A DNA stretch of 64,000 bases, taken from Gracilinanus agilis. Taxonomy: Eukaryota. Of the stretch, positions 36,615 through 49,760 are shown one piece after another. The stretch covers positions 679,760,621 through 679,824,620 of the forward strand of contig NC_058130.1 of the NCBI RefSeq assembly GCF_016433145.1, written 5' to 3'. The notes beneath the pieces were generated by a model. It ran no database searches. It saw only the letters and a program-made list of their open reading frames with translations, and had not been told where the DNA came from. Both the position numbers and the translations under genes were made by a program. Within the stretch, counting starts at the first letter, position 1. Every line of letters begins with the position of its first letter.

Positions 36615-39049
36615 CTCTAGGGCTATGCTAGAGCAAATATTTACAACAACCTGGTCCTAACAATCATTCCCTCTTTCTCACGCACCTCTAAAACCCTGAC
36701 TAGAATTATCTCAGGGAAAGAGAGGAGAGCTATCAAGAGTGCAATCGTAACTCTTCAAAGAGGAAGTCATTTGGGCCTCAACTCCACAAGAATTGAGAGA
36801 GAAGGCAAGCCAGGAAGAGAAGCAACCAAGGTGGTGGTGGTTGGGGGTGAGGCAGCAGTGGGGGCCTGAGGGCATTGGAAAGCAGAAGGGCTGCACTACA
36901 GAATTACAGAATTATACAGCAGGCCAGTGGAGGTGCAGAAGGCACACGGATGGCAGTCATCATGAGGAAGAAGTGCACTCTTTCCCCATGTCATGTCATG
37001 GAACATTGAGGCAAAACCAACTTTGCCCCATATGAGTTAGAACTCTCCTTTCCATCTTACTCCCTTTTACTGGTTCCTTCCCAGCTCCCTACAAACATGC
37101 TGTGATCTCCCTGATCCTAAACTATCCTTCTCACTACAGATAGCACTCCCTTTTTTATCTGCTTCTTATATATTTTGTATTGCAGGCTGATGTGAATATA
37201 TGGTATATATTCACTGCTCTAGAAATCATTATGATATGAAAAATATAACTATCAATATTATCACTAGATTATAAACTCCATGAAAGCACAAAAATCATGT
37301 CTTGGGTAAGATTTGACTCTCTGAAAGTGACTAGCATGGTGCTTTGCACATTATAGACCCTTAAGAAACTAATGTCCATTAAATGGAACTGAATTGGGGT
37401 AGAGTTGGCCCCTTTCTGTAAATCCCAGGAAAATATCCAGCTCTTAGTGTTGGTGAGGTAATGCAGAACTAATTGCCCAAAACTTATTTCAGAATGTCAA
37501 AGTTTAACTTGGGAATCTTCACTGAATATACTTTAAATATATAATTTTTATTTTTCCCCCATTACATGTAAAAACAATTTTTAACATTAATTTTTAAGTT
37601 TTGAGTTCCAAATTCTCCCCGTCCTTCCTTACTCCCTCTTTGTCCTCCCCACTTCCTGAGACAGCAAGCAATCTGACATAAATTTTACATGTGTAATCAT
37701 GAATTCACATTTTCTTAAAGAGACATTTCAACTCACTGAATGCACTTTGTTTTAAGAAAGTTCTGACATTTTATTTTATGTCCTGTACAGGCCACACAAA
37801 GACATGATTAATGCCCTTGAGAAGTTTATATACAAAGGACACAAGAATGGTCCCTAAGGGCCCATAGGGAGTTGACATCACTTTTTCTAGGATATACAAT
37901 GCTTTCATCTACTAAATTTTCCTTTTAATCACATCTTAACGTCCCAGAGACAGTGAGTGCTCTTTAAAATGGATCAATCGCCCTTTCCCTATGTAGCTCT
38001 ACTGCTAGCTAACAAGAACACACTTAAAGGCATCTATGGTCCCTAAAAATGGCAGTCTTAATTGTAACAATAACAATTCCTTACTTTTTGAGTTAATTCA
38101 ATTCAACATGTATTTATCAAAAATCTACTATATGAAAGGTACTAGGTTGGATGCTGGACATAAAAAGACAAAAGTGAAAACAGTTCCTGCCCTCAGAGAG
38201 CCTTACATGCTACCAGGACCACACAGCTTATTCACTAATAAGTATAATACAAGAAGAATTTAGGAAGAATAGAATATTAACAATTGAGTTGAGCCTTTAA
38301 GAAAAACCAGAAATCTGGGAAGTAGAAATGAGAAAGAAGAATATTCCAGGAATGGCAAACGGCTTGTAAAAATACATGGAGATAGGAAATCATGGATCAA
38401 GTTTGGGGAATGATTATGGGGAAATTATGGGGAAAAATAGTAGTTTGTCTGAAATATGGAATATGTGAAGCATATATGCATAATATAAATCAAAGATGGA
38501 AAGGTAGATGAGAGACACATTGTGGTATCAGGCAATGGAGTATATATTTTATTCTGTGGGCAGTGGGGAGCCACTGAACATATTCAAGCCAAGGAGTGAC
38601 ATACTCAGACTTGTGTTCTGTTATTTGCCAGTCATATAACAACAGTTAAGTCACTTCACTTAACCTGACCTCAGTTTCTTCATCCATCAAACAGGAATAA
38701 TAAATAATATTTGTTCTATTACTTCACAGGCCTGTTGGGAGCAAAATCTTTTCTAAACCATAAAGTCCTGTAGAAATGGAACCTATTTTCATTATAACCC
38801 AATGTCTGAGTGAAAGGTTTACTGTTCCAAATGACAAAGACAGCTGCTCTTTTCTGATTAAATATTCACAGCAACTTAAGTAGAAGAAAGGAAAAAATAA
38901 AGCATCCAGGAGATAAACTGTTTTTCAAGCTTAAATCCCCAACCTGATCAAATCCAAATGGATAAATAGCTACCCTCATTGCTAATTGTTTAAAACAAGC
39001 TTGTAGACATGAATCAAAATAGGTGTCCATGGTTTGAGGAACAGCTGAG

Positions 39050-41170
39050 TTAATTGTAGTACATTAATGTCATGAGTATCATTGTGCTGTAAGAAATGAT
39101 GGTCATGAAGAATTCAGAGAGAAATGGGGAGGCTTGTATGAACTGACTTAGAATGAAGTAAACAGAAAAATAAATGCATAATAATCACAATAATGTAAAT
39201 GAAAAGAACAATAAAATGAAGACCTATGCTATATGGTTAGAATGACAAAGAAAAGAAATTAAGGTCAAGATTTACATCTCCCTCTTTTCCTAGCATAAGG
39301 TCTGACACACAACCAATGCTTAATAAATGTTAGTGAGTTGATTAATCCCTTGAAAAGTCGAGGGACTATAGTTATATATAGAATGTTACCTAAACCTTCA
39401 AAATAGTCATACAATTAGTTGGACTTGATTAACTGTTTTTCTTTGTTAAAAAGGAAAGGGTAGGCAAAACACAGCCAAGACACACTATTGTGATATACAA
39501 AAAGCATCAATAAAACTTGAAAAAACATAAGTCTTACTTTTTATGTCATTCAGATCAACAGATCAGTGCTTCAAAGCAGGATAAAAAGAATACAGGATAA
39601 TCTCCTCTTTAAGAATGATTTATGTTATATTATGTTTCCTAATATTGAATCATTTTTTAATTCCTCGTATCCATTTATCATGGTGAACAATTTTTAGATA
39701 TATAGCTCTAGTCTTTTTCCTAGGACTTTATTTAACATTTTTTAATTCACATTCATTAGTGAAATTTGTCTATGGTTCTTATCTTTTATCTTTTCCTTTA
39801 TCCTTCCTTATAATAGGTCAATATTAGTATTATAAAAGGAATTTAGTAAATTGTTTTCTTTTTTAATTTTTGAGAATGATCTATGTAGTAAAGACTAGAT
39901 TTGGGGGTGGGGAGGAAATTGGATCTCTTTATCTAACCCAAGTTATTTTCTCATAGCTGGTAAATAGCAGAAGGCTCCCTCACTTGAATATATTCAATGT
40001 GTTCCTGTCACCTATAGAATAAAATACAAATTCCTTAATCTGGTGCAACAATCTAGCTCCCATCTACCCTTTCATACTTTTCTAATAATCTGTGCTCACA
40101 TACTCTAGGTTTCAAGCAAACTGAAGATTTTATATAGTCACTCCCTAAATTTGATTCATCATCTTCCATTTCCATGCATTTACATACACTGCTCCATATA
40201 CTAGGAATGTCCTTCCATCTCAATACCACTTCTCAGAAGTCTTATTTTTCCTTCAAGGCTCATTCTCTTGCACATAGTTATTAATTATTTCTATGATTTA
40301 TTCTTTAACCCAGTAAATCAAGATATCATTTAATAATATCATTTATTAGTCTTCATTTGGTTCTATGGGTTTTGCTTGTATTCCCTGTATTAATTACTCT
40401 TGTTGCACTATGATCTATAAAGGATATGTTTAATATCTCTTCTTTTTTACATTTATTTATAATTTCTTTGTGTCCTGGCACATTTTCTTTTGTTTGGTAG
40501 TATTGTATAGTGCTAAGAAGTAGATATTTGCTTTAATGTTCCCATTCAGAAGATGCTCTAAGTTTTTTAGGTTAGAATTCTCCAGCAGTTCTGTAGTTTC
40601 CTCATTGGTTATTTTCCTCTTAGATTTCTCCAACTCTAAGAGAAGAACATTAAGGTTTCCTACAATTATAGTTTTACCTTCTGTTACTTTTTATGATTCA
40701 GTTAGCATTTCCATTAGAAGGTTATATGTTATACCAGTTTGTGCATTAGTATTCATATTGGTTCATTTTCTATTATTTCTTTAAGCATGGCATAGTCTTA
40801 CTCCTTATATTTACTACATTGTGATTTAAAAATTTTTTACTTTATCTGATAGAATGATTGAAAATACTACTTTTCTAGATTCACTAAATTTTATGGATTT
40901 ACATAGTAAATTTTGTTCCAGTTTCTCATTATTGTTCCATGTATATCTTCACATTTTAGATTTGTCTCCTATATATGATTGTTAGATTTTGTTTTGTTAT
41001 CCATTCTTTTACTCTGCTTCTACTAGGCTGTCTATTTCATTCACATATTCATATTATTAGGATAATGTTTTGCTCCATTTATTTCTTTAGTATTGACTTT
41101 AGTTTAATCCCCTTCCTCCTCCTTTATGTCAGTACTTTGTCCCTGGGATTAGTTTTGCTTACACTATGAT
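39050..41170. mobile_element. Cluster of old L1 fragments, mostly antisense, with an L2 piece (~40000-40270)
   Basis: T-rich antisense L1 ORF2-like sequence (e.g. aagagaagaacattaaggtttcctacaattatag). Confidence 0.6.
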
Positions 41171-44059
41171 AATACTAGTCTGTTCCTACAGACTGATTGA
41201 CAAAGGTAACTAGCCTCCCTAAAGATAAATGTCTTCTGAATGCCTGACAAATTGCTCTAAAATGTTTCAACCTTGTAGTTGACATCCATCCTTTTAACTA
41301 GTATCTTAAAAGATATGGCAGCTTTAAAGAGTATTTTAGGATTTACTTAGGAAAAAATTATACTCATTCATTCTTGGAAAGTAATAAGAATAACTCAAGC
41401 TTATAAAGAACTTTATGCTTTACAAAATGTTTTCTTCTCAATAAACCCATGGAGTTCATGGCACAAATTAAATTATCCTTGGAATAAGAATCTAGTACTT
41501 TTCCCCACTATGCCCCTTCCCTACTAATGTAATGTCATAGAAAACATTAACGAGGTCATAAGATTGTATATTTTGAGTTAGAGGGACCTTAGAAGTCATC
41601 TAGTCCAATTCTCCTATTTTACACAGTAGGAAGCTAAAGATCAAAGAGCCAAAAAAAAAAAAAAAAAAAAAAACTAAGGTCACCCAGGATATAATTGGCA
41701 GAACCAAAATTGTAAGAGCTCATTCCATCCATCTCATCCCTCATGCAGAAACTTCACTGGACAAGTTAGAACTAGAACTTGGGTCTCATGATAATCAGTA
41801 CAGCACTCTTTCTATCATAGAATGGTAAATCTTCTCTGTACTGTGATTAAGTGGGATTATTTCACAGGAAACCATATTTGCCATTTCCCTATTTCCATTC
41901 AGTCTGTGACTGTTCTTGATTGCATCAGAGTTTGAGTTTAATTTTACTCAAAAAAATGTTTCTCTCTTTTGCTAAGGACTTGGTAGTTCTTCTAATCCAT
42001 GCAGACTGTTCTTCATTTCATATTTCCCCTCGTCACTGATTAAATTTTACTGAATAAATTTAAAGGGTTTTTTGGGGTTTCATTTTGTTTTGTTTTATGC
42101 TTGGGAATTATAAGGACTTATAAGGAACAGCCTTGGTACTTTTCAAAGCCTTCAGTTCCATAAAATTTGCTACTGTGTTGTTCCTGGAAAGGGAAACCAT
42201 TCATCTAACAAATATTTATTATTTTTTTAATTTAAAACTTTATTTTAAAATAATTTAAATAAAATTTAATTAAACATTTAAATAAGAGCCCCCCAAAATA
42301 AGAGGAATGCTACAAGAGAGTACAGTGATGTGAATTATAAGCTGAAAAGGAGAGAGAATCATTTAACAAATATTTATTAAGCAAGGTATTGTGTTAAGTT
42401 CTGTGAGAAAGACAAATGAGAATTGTAAAAAATACTGTTCCCGCCCTCTAGATTCTCAAATTGTTTCTGAGCAAAGGTCAGTGCCTCCTAAAGAGCCTTA
42501 GCAAGACATTCTCCCAGCTAATAATAAAAAGTTAATACAAATATGACAATTTAGTGTAACATGATACTTTCCTCAAAACAACCCTTTAAGATAAACAGCA
42601 TGAGTAGAATTATCTCTGTTTTATAGATGAGAAAATTGAAGTTAAATTACTTACCCAGGCATACATAGCCAGAAAATGTTGGACCCAGGATGCAAATCCC
42701 TGGTCTCCTGAGTTTAGGATTCATTTTTTCCACTATACCAATATTCTCTTCAAGACAGTCCATTTGATTCTACAATAGCAAGAGCTAAGGAACCACAACC
42801 AGCAATTTCATTAGCTGAGGCAATTCTTGCCCAAAACCACCACTAAGAGAAGCAGCATGGGGAAGCTGTAGAAAATGAGCACTTGAATCAATTTTTTAAT
42901 GCATGATGCGAAAATTTATAACAAAGTCAGTCAAGTTGGAGGGAGAATTAGTTACTCTAGAAGTTTAGAGGGTAGAATCTCATCTAGTCCAACCCACAGG
43001 ATTTGGGGGTCCCATAATCTTTTGGCTCCGTCAGAGAGGCTTTGGTAAGATTCCCTCGCACATAAGGCAGGTGGGAAGGGAGCACCTAGATCCCTGGTAA
43101 AGGCTGGGAATATTGAGGATGAAATAAAACAGGGTGAGTTGGCGATTGTTTGGAACCCAAATCTTCTATTCCCTATTCTTGGGCCAACAGCTTCCTTCAC
43201 CTGATTCTTCAACTTGGGTGACAGAAAACATGTTAAATTTTTTGCCTTCTAAATTTCATGTCCTTTAAATTCCCTACCCTTGGACAAACTTCAACGGCCC
43301 CAGTGTAGGTCTGGCTGTGGCTATCAAGTTTCTCTCTATTTTTAATCCTTCCTGGATTGTAATCAAGATTATTTAATTTTAAAAAATATATTCCATTATT
43401 TTGCTAATTAAAGAATATGGCAGTTGTTTAAAATAATTAGCTATGCATATTTATGTAAAACATATAAAAATCTGATTTTTGAATTAGAGGGCCTAGAACT
43501 TAAAAAAAAAAGGCAAACCTAAGATTGTAACGTATCGTAGGGTATTTAAGGGGTACTGAGTTATACTTTCATTCTTGCTACCATTAAACTTGTAATGACA
43601 TTTCTAGGTTTCATGATTTCAAGTCTCTCATCCCCTATCATTGATTCCCAACTGCTTCATGTGAAGGATCAGCACTATACCCTTCTGGGAACACATCTGG
43701 AATCTTGGTCTGATCACAGACAGCCTGGAATGAAGAACTGGCAGACATCTTCAAAGAGACTTAGGAATATGAAAGAACACTGTCCCCAAAGGCAAAGGCT
43801 GGTTGGTGGAGTCGGCTACATCACAGGCCTCTTACACTCAGAGGGCAAGAAGGGATGAGGAGCTGGTTAGACCTGGATCCTCTGTGTTCCATCTGGTACC
43901 TCTAAGGAAGAGCTCTGACAATTAGCTGCAAGAGCATCATTCCAGTGATGAGAGCTTAATTGCCAATTCAGCAACTCAGAATCCACATCTGGCACAGAAA
44001 AAGTCCTCTCGTTCCCTCTGCCTAGTGCCTGCCTCGGAGAGAATATATATATATATGAA

Positions 44060-44350
44060 CTTTCCCTAGCAACAGCAGTGAGCCAATGTGACTAGCTCCC
44101 CAATTCATTTGAGATGGCTTATTTTGAAAGACTCTGGAGGGAGTGATTTTTTTTTTAAATCAAGTGACAGACCCTTCCAGGAAATGGAGAGAAGAAATAG
44201 GTATAAGGTTCAACCCCCAAGATTTCTGACACTATGAGAGGGAGATCTGGGGAGCGGCCCCTCTGCCCGCCTAAGAGGATGTGAGTCACGCTGTTGTTTT
44301 TGGCTGTGTTTTGACCAGAAACCTCTTTCAGAAAGTGAGCATGCAAATCA
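44060..44350. promoter_or_regulatory. Candidate enhancer/promoter motif cluster
   Basis: RFX-like cctagcaac 44065-44073, CCAAT 44083-44087, AP-1 tgagtca 44282-44288, octamer atgcaaat 44341-44348 in non-repeat sequence. Confidence 0.4.
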
Positions 44351-44844
44351 ATCAGGCCAGGACTACACTAGGGATAATGTGCTATTACTGATTCAAATGC
44401 CTTGGATATTAGTTGCATCTCAGACACCAGAGCTAAGAGTTTAAAACAACCTCTGGTGGAGCCATTCGAGGGTTTCCTCCCCAGTGCTAATGAATAATTC
44501 ACTTTGACAGTAGATGGAGAAATTCAATCTGGTATTCTGGGTATTATTCTCACTTTCAAAGATTAACTTCTTTTAGCTATAGAGAAAACAGAGTCAAACA
44601 GATTACTTTTGGGGGACCCAGAAATAAATGTTATCAACATCACCATTTTTCTTGCCTCCAGCTTTTGACCTCAATGGCCATCTAGCCCAACCCATATCTG
44701 TAGAGAATCCCCTGCTCGGGAATGGGAATATGAATGAGCCAGCTAGAAAGTATAGAGATACAGAGATAGTTTAATAGAAAGAGTAAAGGCCTAAGGGCCA
44801 GGTATTTGAATTCTAGTTCTACTTCTACTGACAACTAAGTGGAA

Positions 44845-45050
44845 CAGTGGATAGAACTCTGAACCTGGAATCAGGAAGAATTAAATTCAAATTGACCTAA
44901 GATACTTCCTAGGAGTGTGATCCTGAGCAAGTCACTTAACCCTGTTTGTCTCAACTTCTCATCTGTAAAATGAGCTGGAGAAGGAAATGGCAAACCATTC
45001 AAAGAAAAACTCAAATGTGGTTAAGAAGAGTCAGGCATAACTACACAGCT
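44845..45050 (+). mobile_element. Mar1-like CORE-SINE
   Basis: CORE plus ggagaaggaaatggcaaacc tail; antisense copies at ~47623-47825 and ~59715-59975. Confidence 0.8.
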
Positions 45051-46079
45051 AATTCTGCTGTTAACTAGTGATACTGCCTCATTCTTCCTGTTTCAACCTC
45101 AGTTACTTCCACTGTTAAAATGAGGGGGCTGGAACAGATATCCTGGAAAGGCTCCTTCTTGTTCTCAGTTTATATATTCTCACATGTTCTAAGGTCACTT
45201 CCAAGTATAATATTCTGTGTTCTAAGTCTCTTCCAACTATGACATTTTAGTCAAGTTAAATCAATTCAATAAGCATTTATTATGTGCCAGGCACTATGCC
45301 AAGCCCTAAGGGTACAAAGAAAAGCAAGAACAATGATCCTGTTCTCAAGGAGGGTAAAACTCTAATGGGTAAGATAATATGCCAACAGCCCTGTACCTGC
45401 AAGATGTATACAGGATAAACTGGAGGTGTTCCAATGCTCTGTGTTCTAAGGTCCCTTCCAGCTATGATATTCTATAAAATCTATGCTAAACCAAGAAGTT
45501 CAGAATCAACCATCACCCTCAGTTGACTTTCTACTGGTACAAACAAGGCTATCTTTTCCCATTCTTTTCCTTCTTATATTCATTTATTTCAAGGCTTTGT
45601 TAGTAGGGATTTGTGGTTTCTAGGATCAACCCTGCATACAGATGGATGACAAAGTCTCTTCAGATGGCTTATTTTGAAAGATGGTTTATTTGTCCTACAT
45701 GACAAATATTCCCTAGCAATGTCTTCAGGAAGAGCAGATACAGGTACATAATGGTCTCTACTAAAATCCTACTTTGACGGTTTATTGTGACATAATGGTA
45801 ACCCAAGGTCTTGAAGATGCTTGTAGAGGGACTTTGACCTATTCCAGGAAGAAAAGGCCCATGGGGAAAAAATTACAAGTCCCTATTAAATGATTTGTTG
45901 AAGAAAAAGATATACCTTTCCAAAAAAGGGAAAGAAGTGGTGGGGAAAAAAGAACAACAGGATAACTGATCCTCGAAGACTGTTTTATAGAAGAAAAAGA
46001 CAAATCTTTCAAAGAAGGTGGTGTGGAAAGAGACAAGAGACCCCTTTGAGAAGCTGGCAGGGGGTTACCAGTCCTCAAC

Positions 46080-46510
46080 TTCTGATATTATCTTTTCAAC
46101 ATCTATAGAAATCAGAGATGAGATTTATGTTTGCTCAAATTCTCTTTGAAGAGAAAAGGATCCAGGGCAGAACCCTAGGGGACACCCTTACTAATTGTGT
46201 GGGAGATGGATGATGATCCAGCAAAAGTGACTAAAAAGGACCCGACAGACATTGTAGGAGGAAAGAACTGCATCACAGAAGGCAAAGGAAGAAAGAGTAT
46301 TTAGAAGGAGGCAGTCCACGGCCAAAAGATGAAATGAGACCAAGGAGATTGGGACCAAGAAAAGACCATCGTTTGTAACTTTAGGGAAAACAATTTCAGA
46401 GGAGTGGTGGGATTGAAAGCTAGATTTCAAANAGGAGGAGGAGGAGGGGGGAGGGAGGAAAGGAGGGGGAGAAGTGGAAGCAGCAAGTGCAGACAGTTCT
46501 TCCTAGGATG
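46080..46510 (-). mobile_element. L2 ORF2 fragment with (GGA)-rich insert
   Basis: ttgtaactttagggaaaacaatttcagaggagtggtgggattgaaagctagatttc antisense L2 pattern; single N at 46432. Confidence 0.7.
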
Positions 46511-49084
46511 TAGTTGTGAATGAGAGTAGCATTGAAGGGACCGAGTAGTGTTCCAAGTAAACTTGGAACCAGGAAGATCTGAGTTCAAATCCTGTTTCAG
46601 TCACTATCAGTGTGATTCTGTGAAAGTCATTTAACCTCTTACAATCTGTTTCCTCATTTATAAAATGAGATAACAACAGTCACTACCTCAAAGGGTTGTT
46701 GTAAGGATTGTAAGGATAAGCAACCCAAAAAGTCCTTTGTAACCCTTAAAGCTTTATATAAATGTTAGCTATTATAGGATAAAGATAGAGAGATGGGGTC
46801 GGTACCAGGAAAGAATGGGATCAAGGGTGCAAGTAGGACTGACATAGGCAAGAATTCCTGCCTCTTCCTTCAAGGCAAAGTAGAGCAACAGGGACTAGGA
46901 GAAGACATGAGGGGTTTTGAGGTATAAAATACCACAAAATCGAAGAATCTTAGGGCTGGAAGGCACCTCACTGGCCCTCTGGTCCAACATTGCTATGTAG
47001 GAATTCCCTTCTACCAATTCCCTGATAAGTGATCCTCCATGGCTGTTTAGTTAAAAACTTCCGATGAGTAAGAAGAATCCATTACCTTATAGGAGGGGAG
47101 TTAGGGAATGAAAGAGCTTATGGCAGCTGATCTTTAAGTTCCCTTTTGCTTCTAAATTCCATGATCCTTATCCTCTTCCCCTCTCTCGGTTCTTAGGGGA
47201 GCATCCAGGCTGGACTACAGAAAAACTACTAACAGGGTCAAAGAGACCCAGCTGCTCAACACATTTAGTGTACTGGAAACAAAAAAAATACAGAGAGAAG
47301 GGAGATGACACCTTGGGAAGGGGGATAGGAGGCTAGCTTTGACTGATCTGCCCCCATGACAATGTTCAGTTTACATATTTATGCAAAACCTATGAAAATC
47401 TGATTTTTTTAACCAGGGAACTAGAATTTTTTTAAAAAAAAAAATAGCAAATCCGAGCTGGTAACATTTCTAGTCCTGAGGTTTTAAAGCAGGAAGCTGC
47501 ATGCAGGGAGGCCTTAGCCTAAATCCCACCCCATTCTGCTCCTTACTAAATGTGACTGCAAGGATCTAATTTTAAAAGGTTTCTCTTATTTAAAATGGAA
47601 ATAATAAAAATAGTAATTATTGTTATTCTTGTTGAATCGTTTTTCAGACATGCCCAACTTTTCCTGACTCCATTTGGGGTTTTCATGGCAATGATTCTGA
47701 AGCAGTTTGCCATTTCCTTCTCCAGTTCATTTTACAGATGAGGAAATAGAGGCAAACAGAGGTAAGTGACTTGCCCAGGGTCACACAGCTAGGAAGCATC
47801 TGAGACCAGATTTAAACTCAGGAAAATGAGCTTTGTGTTCTATCACATATATATCTCCACCTACCTGCATAGTAATAATAGTAATAATAATAATATTTGC
47901 ATAGAAATGCATATATATAAATAATACTTGTAAAGAAAGCCAAAGTCCTGTATCTATAAGGGTAAGCTGTTATGACGCAAAATTACATCCGCCTTGAGGT
48001 CAGATACCACATCTCCACATCCACTCACAGAGCAACAAAAAGAAAACCTTTTCACCTAGTGGTGAGCAGGAGCCAAGAAAACATTCACAAAATAACCCCA
48101 AAGGGCTCTAACACTCAGCAAGGCCCACTGGAAAGGCTGATAATAGTCACCTTAGTCATAACCAGACTCGGGCCAAGAGTGACAGAAACCTTTGTATGTA
48201 AATTAAAGGTTTCTTCCTTTTTCATTGAAAAAAGAGCCAGCTGTGGAAGTAGCATTCAAAGCTACAAGGAAAGCCCCTCAGAAGACAATTTATTTGGGAG
48301 CTCCCTTAATTCAGCCTCTAAAAAGAAACCGACACCACCTAAACAAAGAATGGAATGGTGTGGCTAAATACCTTTGAACTGGAAGGAACCACAGAGATCA
48401 TTTGGCCTTCATAGCCAATTTGCAGATGAGGAAACTGAGGCCCAGAGAGGTTAAGTCATTTTCCAGAGTTACACAAACAGGCTGGGCTTAGAGTCGGACC
48501 TAAAACTCGGGTCTCCTGAATCTAGCTCCAGGCTCTTTCAATTACATTGTATAAGAAAAACCCCTGGACCATAAGAAGAAAAAAGTCCTGGAATGGGCCT
48601 CTGGGTTGTTTTGCTCCAACTAAACAATGTCTAATGTACATTATATCACTTGATTCTCCCCCAACCCCTGCAGTAAATTCCTTAAGGGCAGAAATAATTT
48701 TAATTTTTGTCTTTATATCCCGAAAGTTCAGCATCTTTCACCTAATAGATGACTAATAAATTCTTATTGATTCCCTTGTTTGATCACTCATTGTGCCTTG
48801 CCGAACAGCAGCCTTGGATCATTCCTACCATCTACCTCCTTTGCTAGAGGCAGCTAAGGTATTACAATGGATCCTCAGTCAGAAAGACACAAGTTCAAAT
48901 TCTGCTCTATACACTTACTACTGTGTGACCTTGGGCAGGTCACCTAACCTCTGTCTGCCTCAATTTCTTCAACTGCAAAATGGAGATAATAATAACGACT
49001 TCCTTTCAGGGTAGTTGTGAGGATTAAATGAGATAATATATTTAAAGAGCCTAGCACAAGGCCTGGTCCACAGCGGGTGCGTGC

Positions 49085-49760
49085 TATTTCCTTACTTCCT
49101 CCTATTTACTGCCCAAAGCTGGAGAAAATCATGACGCCATGGTCCACTACAGATGAATGCTACATAATCTCATGGGCCAGGGAGTGCCCTCAATGAAGCA
49201 GGCAACTGATCCTTTTCTACTTTGCTAAGCACTCCCCACAGAGGCTATTCTAAACCTCTTCATCTCTCCCAGGGCTTGCCATGGTATTCCTCACCCTGCT
49301 CTCTCAACTAAGAACCTGGCCTCATCCTTCCTTAAAAATAAAAAGAGCGAGTTCTGTCCCCCTCACCCCACAGAAGTCAGACATCTCACCTTACTTGGTC
49401 TTCTGTATTCTGGTCTCTGGCGATGAGGTGGCCTTTGTCAAGACTTGCCCCCTTTATCTTATCCCTTCCCAGGGACATTCAGCAGGTGGTCCCCNNNNNN
49501 NNNNNNNNNNNNNNNNNNNNNNNNNNNNNNNNNNNNNNNNNNNNNNNNNNNNNNNNNNNNNNNNNNNNNNNNNNNNNNNNNNNNNNNNNNNNNNNNNNNN
49601 NNNNNNNNNNNNNNNNNNNNNNNNNNNNNNNTGTCTCTCCAATCCTTCAGAAATCCTTACTTCATCTAATCATCATTATTAATTATCAGATAGATATCTC
49701 CCCTCCCCTTCTCAGCTTATCTCTGTACTTCTTCTTTCACTAACTTCTAAACCCTTATTT
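49085..49760 (+). mobile_element. L2 ORF2 fragment spanning an assembly gap
   Basis: gctggagaaaatcatgacgccatggtccactacagatgaatgctacataatctc is an L2 interdomain-like sequence. Confidence 0.75.
49495..49631. other. Assembly gap (N run)
   Basis: Directly visible. Confidence 1.

Noticed and set aside
43040-43140. Plus-strand donor CAGG|GTGAGT after the frame GGKGAPRSLVKAGNIEDEIKQ
   Set aside because: No adequate upstream acceptor or polypyrimidine tract; isolated donors are common by chance.
44062-44090. MHC class II S-X-Y module
   Set aside because: The X1-like core matches, but there is no X2 (TGCGTCA-like) site and the CCAAT is direct and ~10 bp away, not an inverted Y box ~20 bp downstream.
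47972-48367. 131-aa ORF
   Set aside because: No homology recognised, no convincing splice sites or codon bias; the region looks regulatory (TGACGCAA at ~47973) rather than coding.
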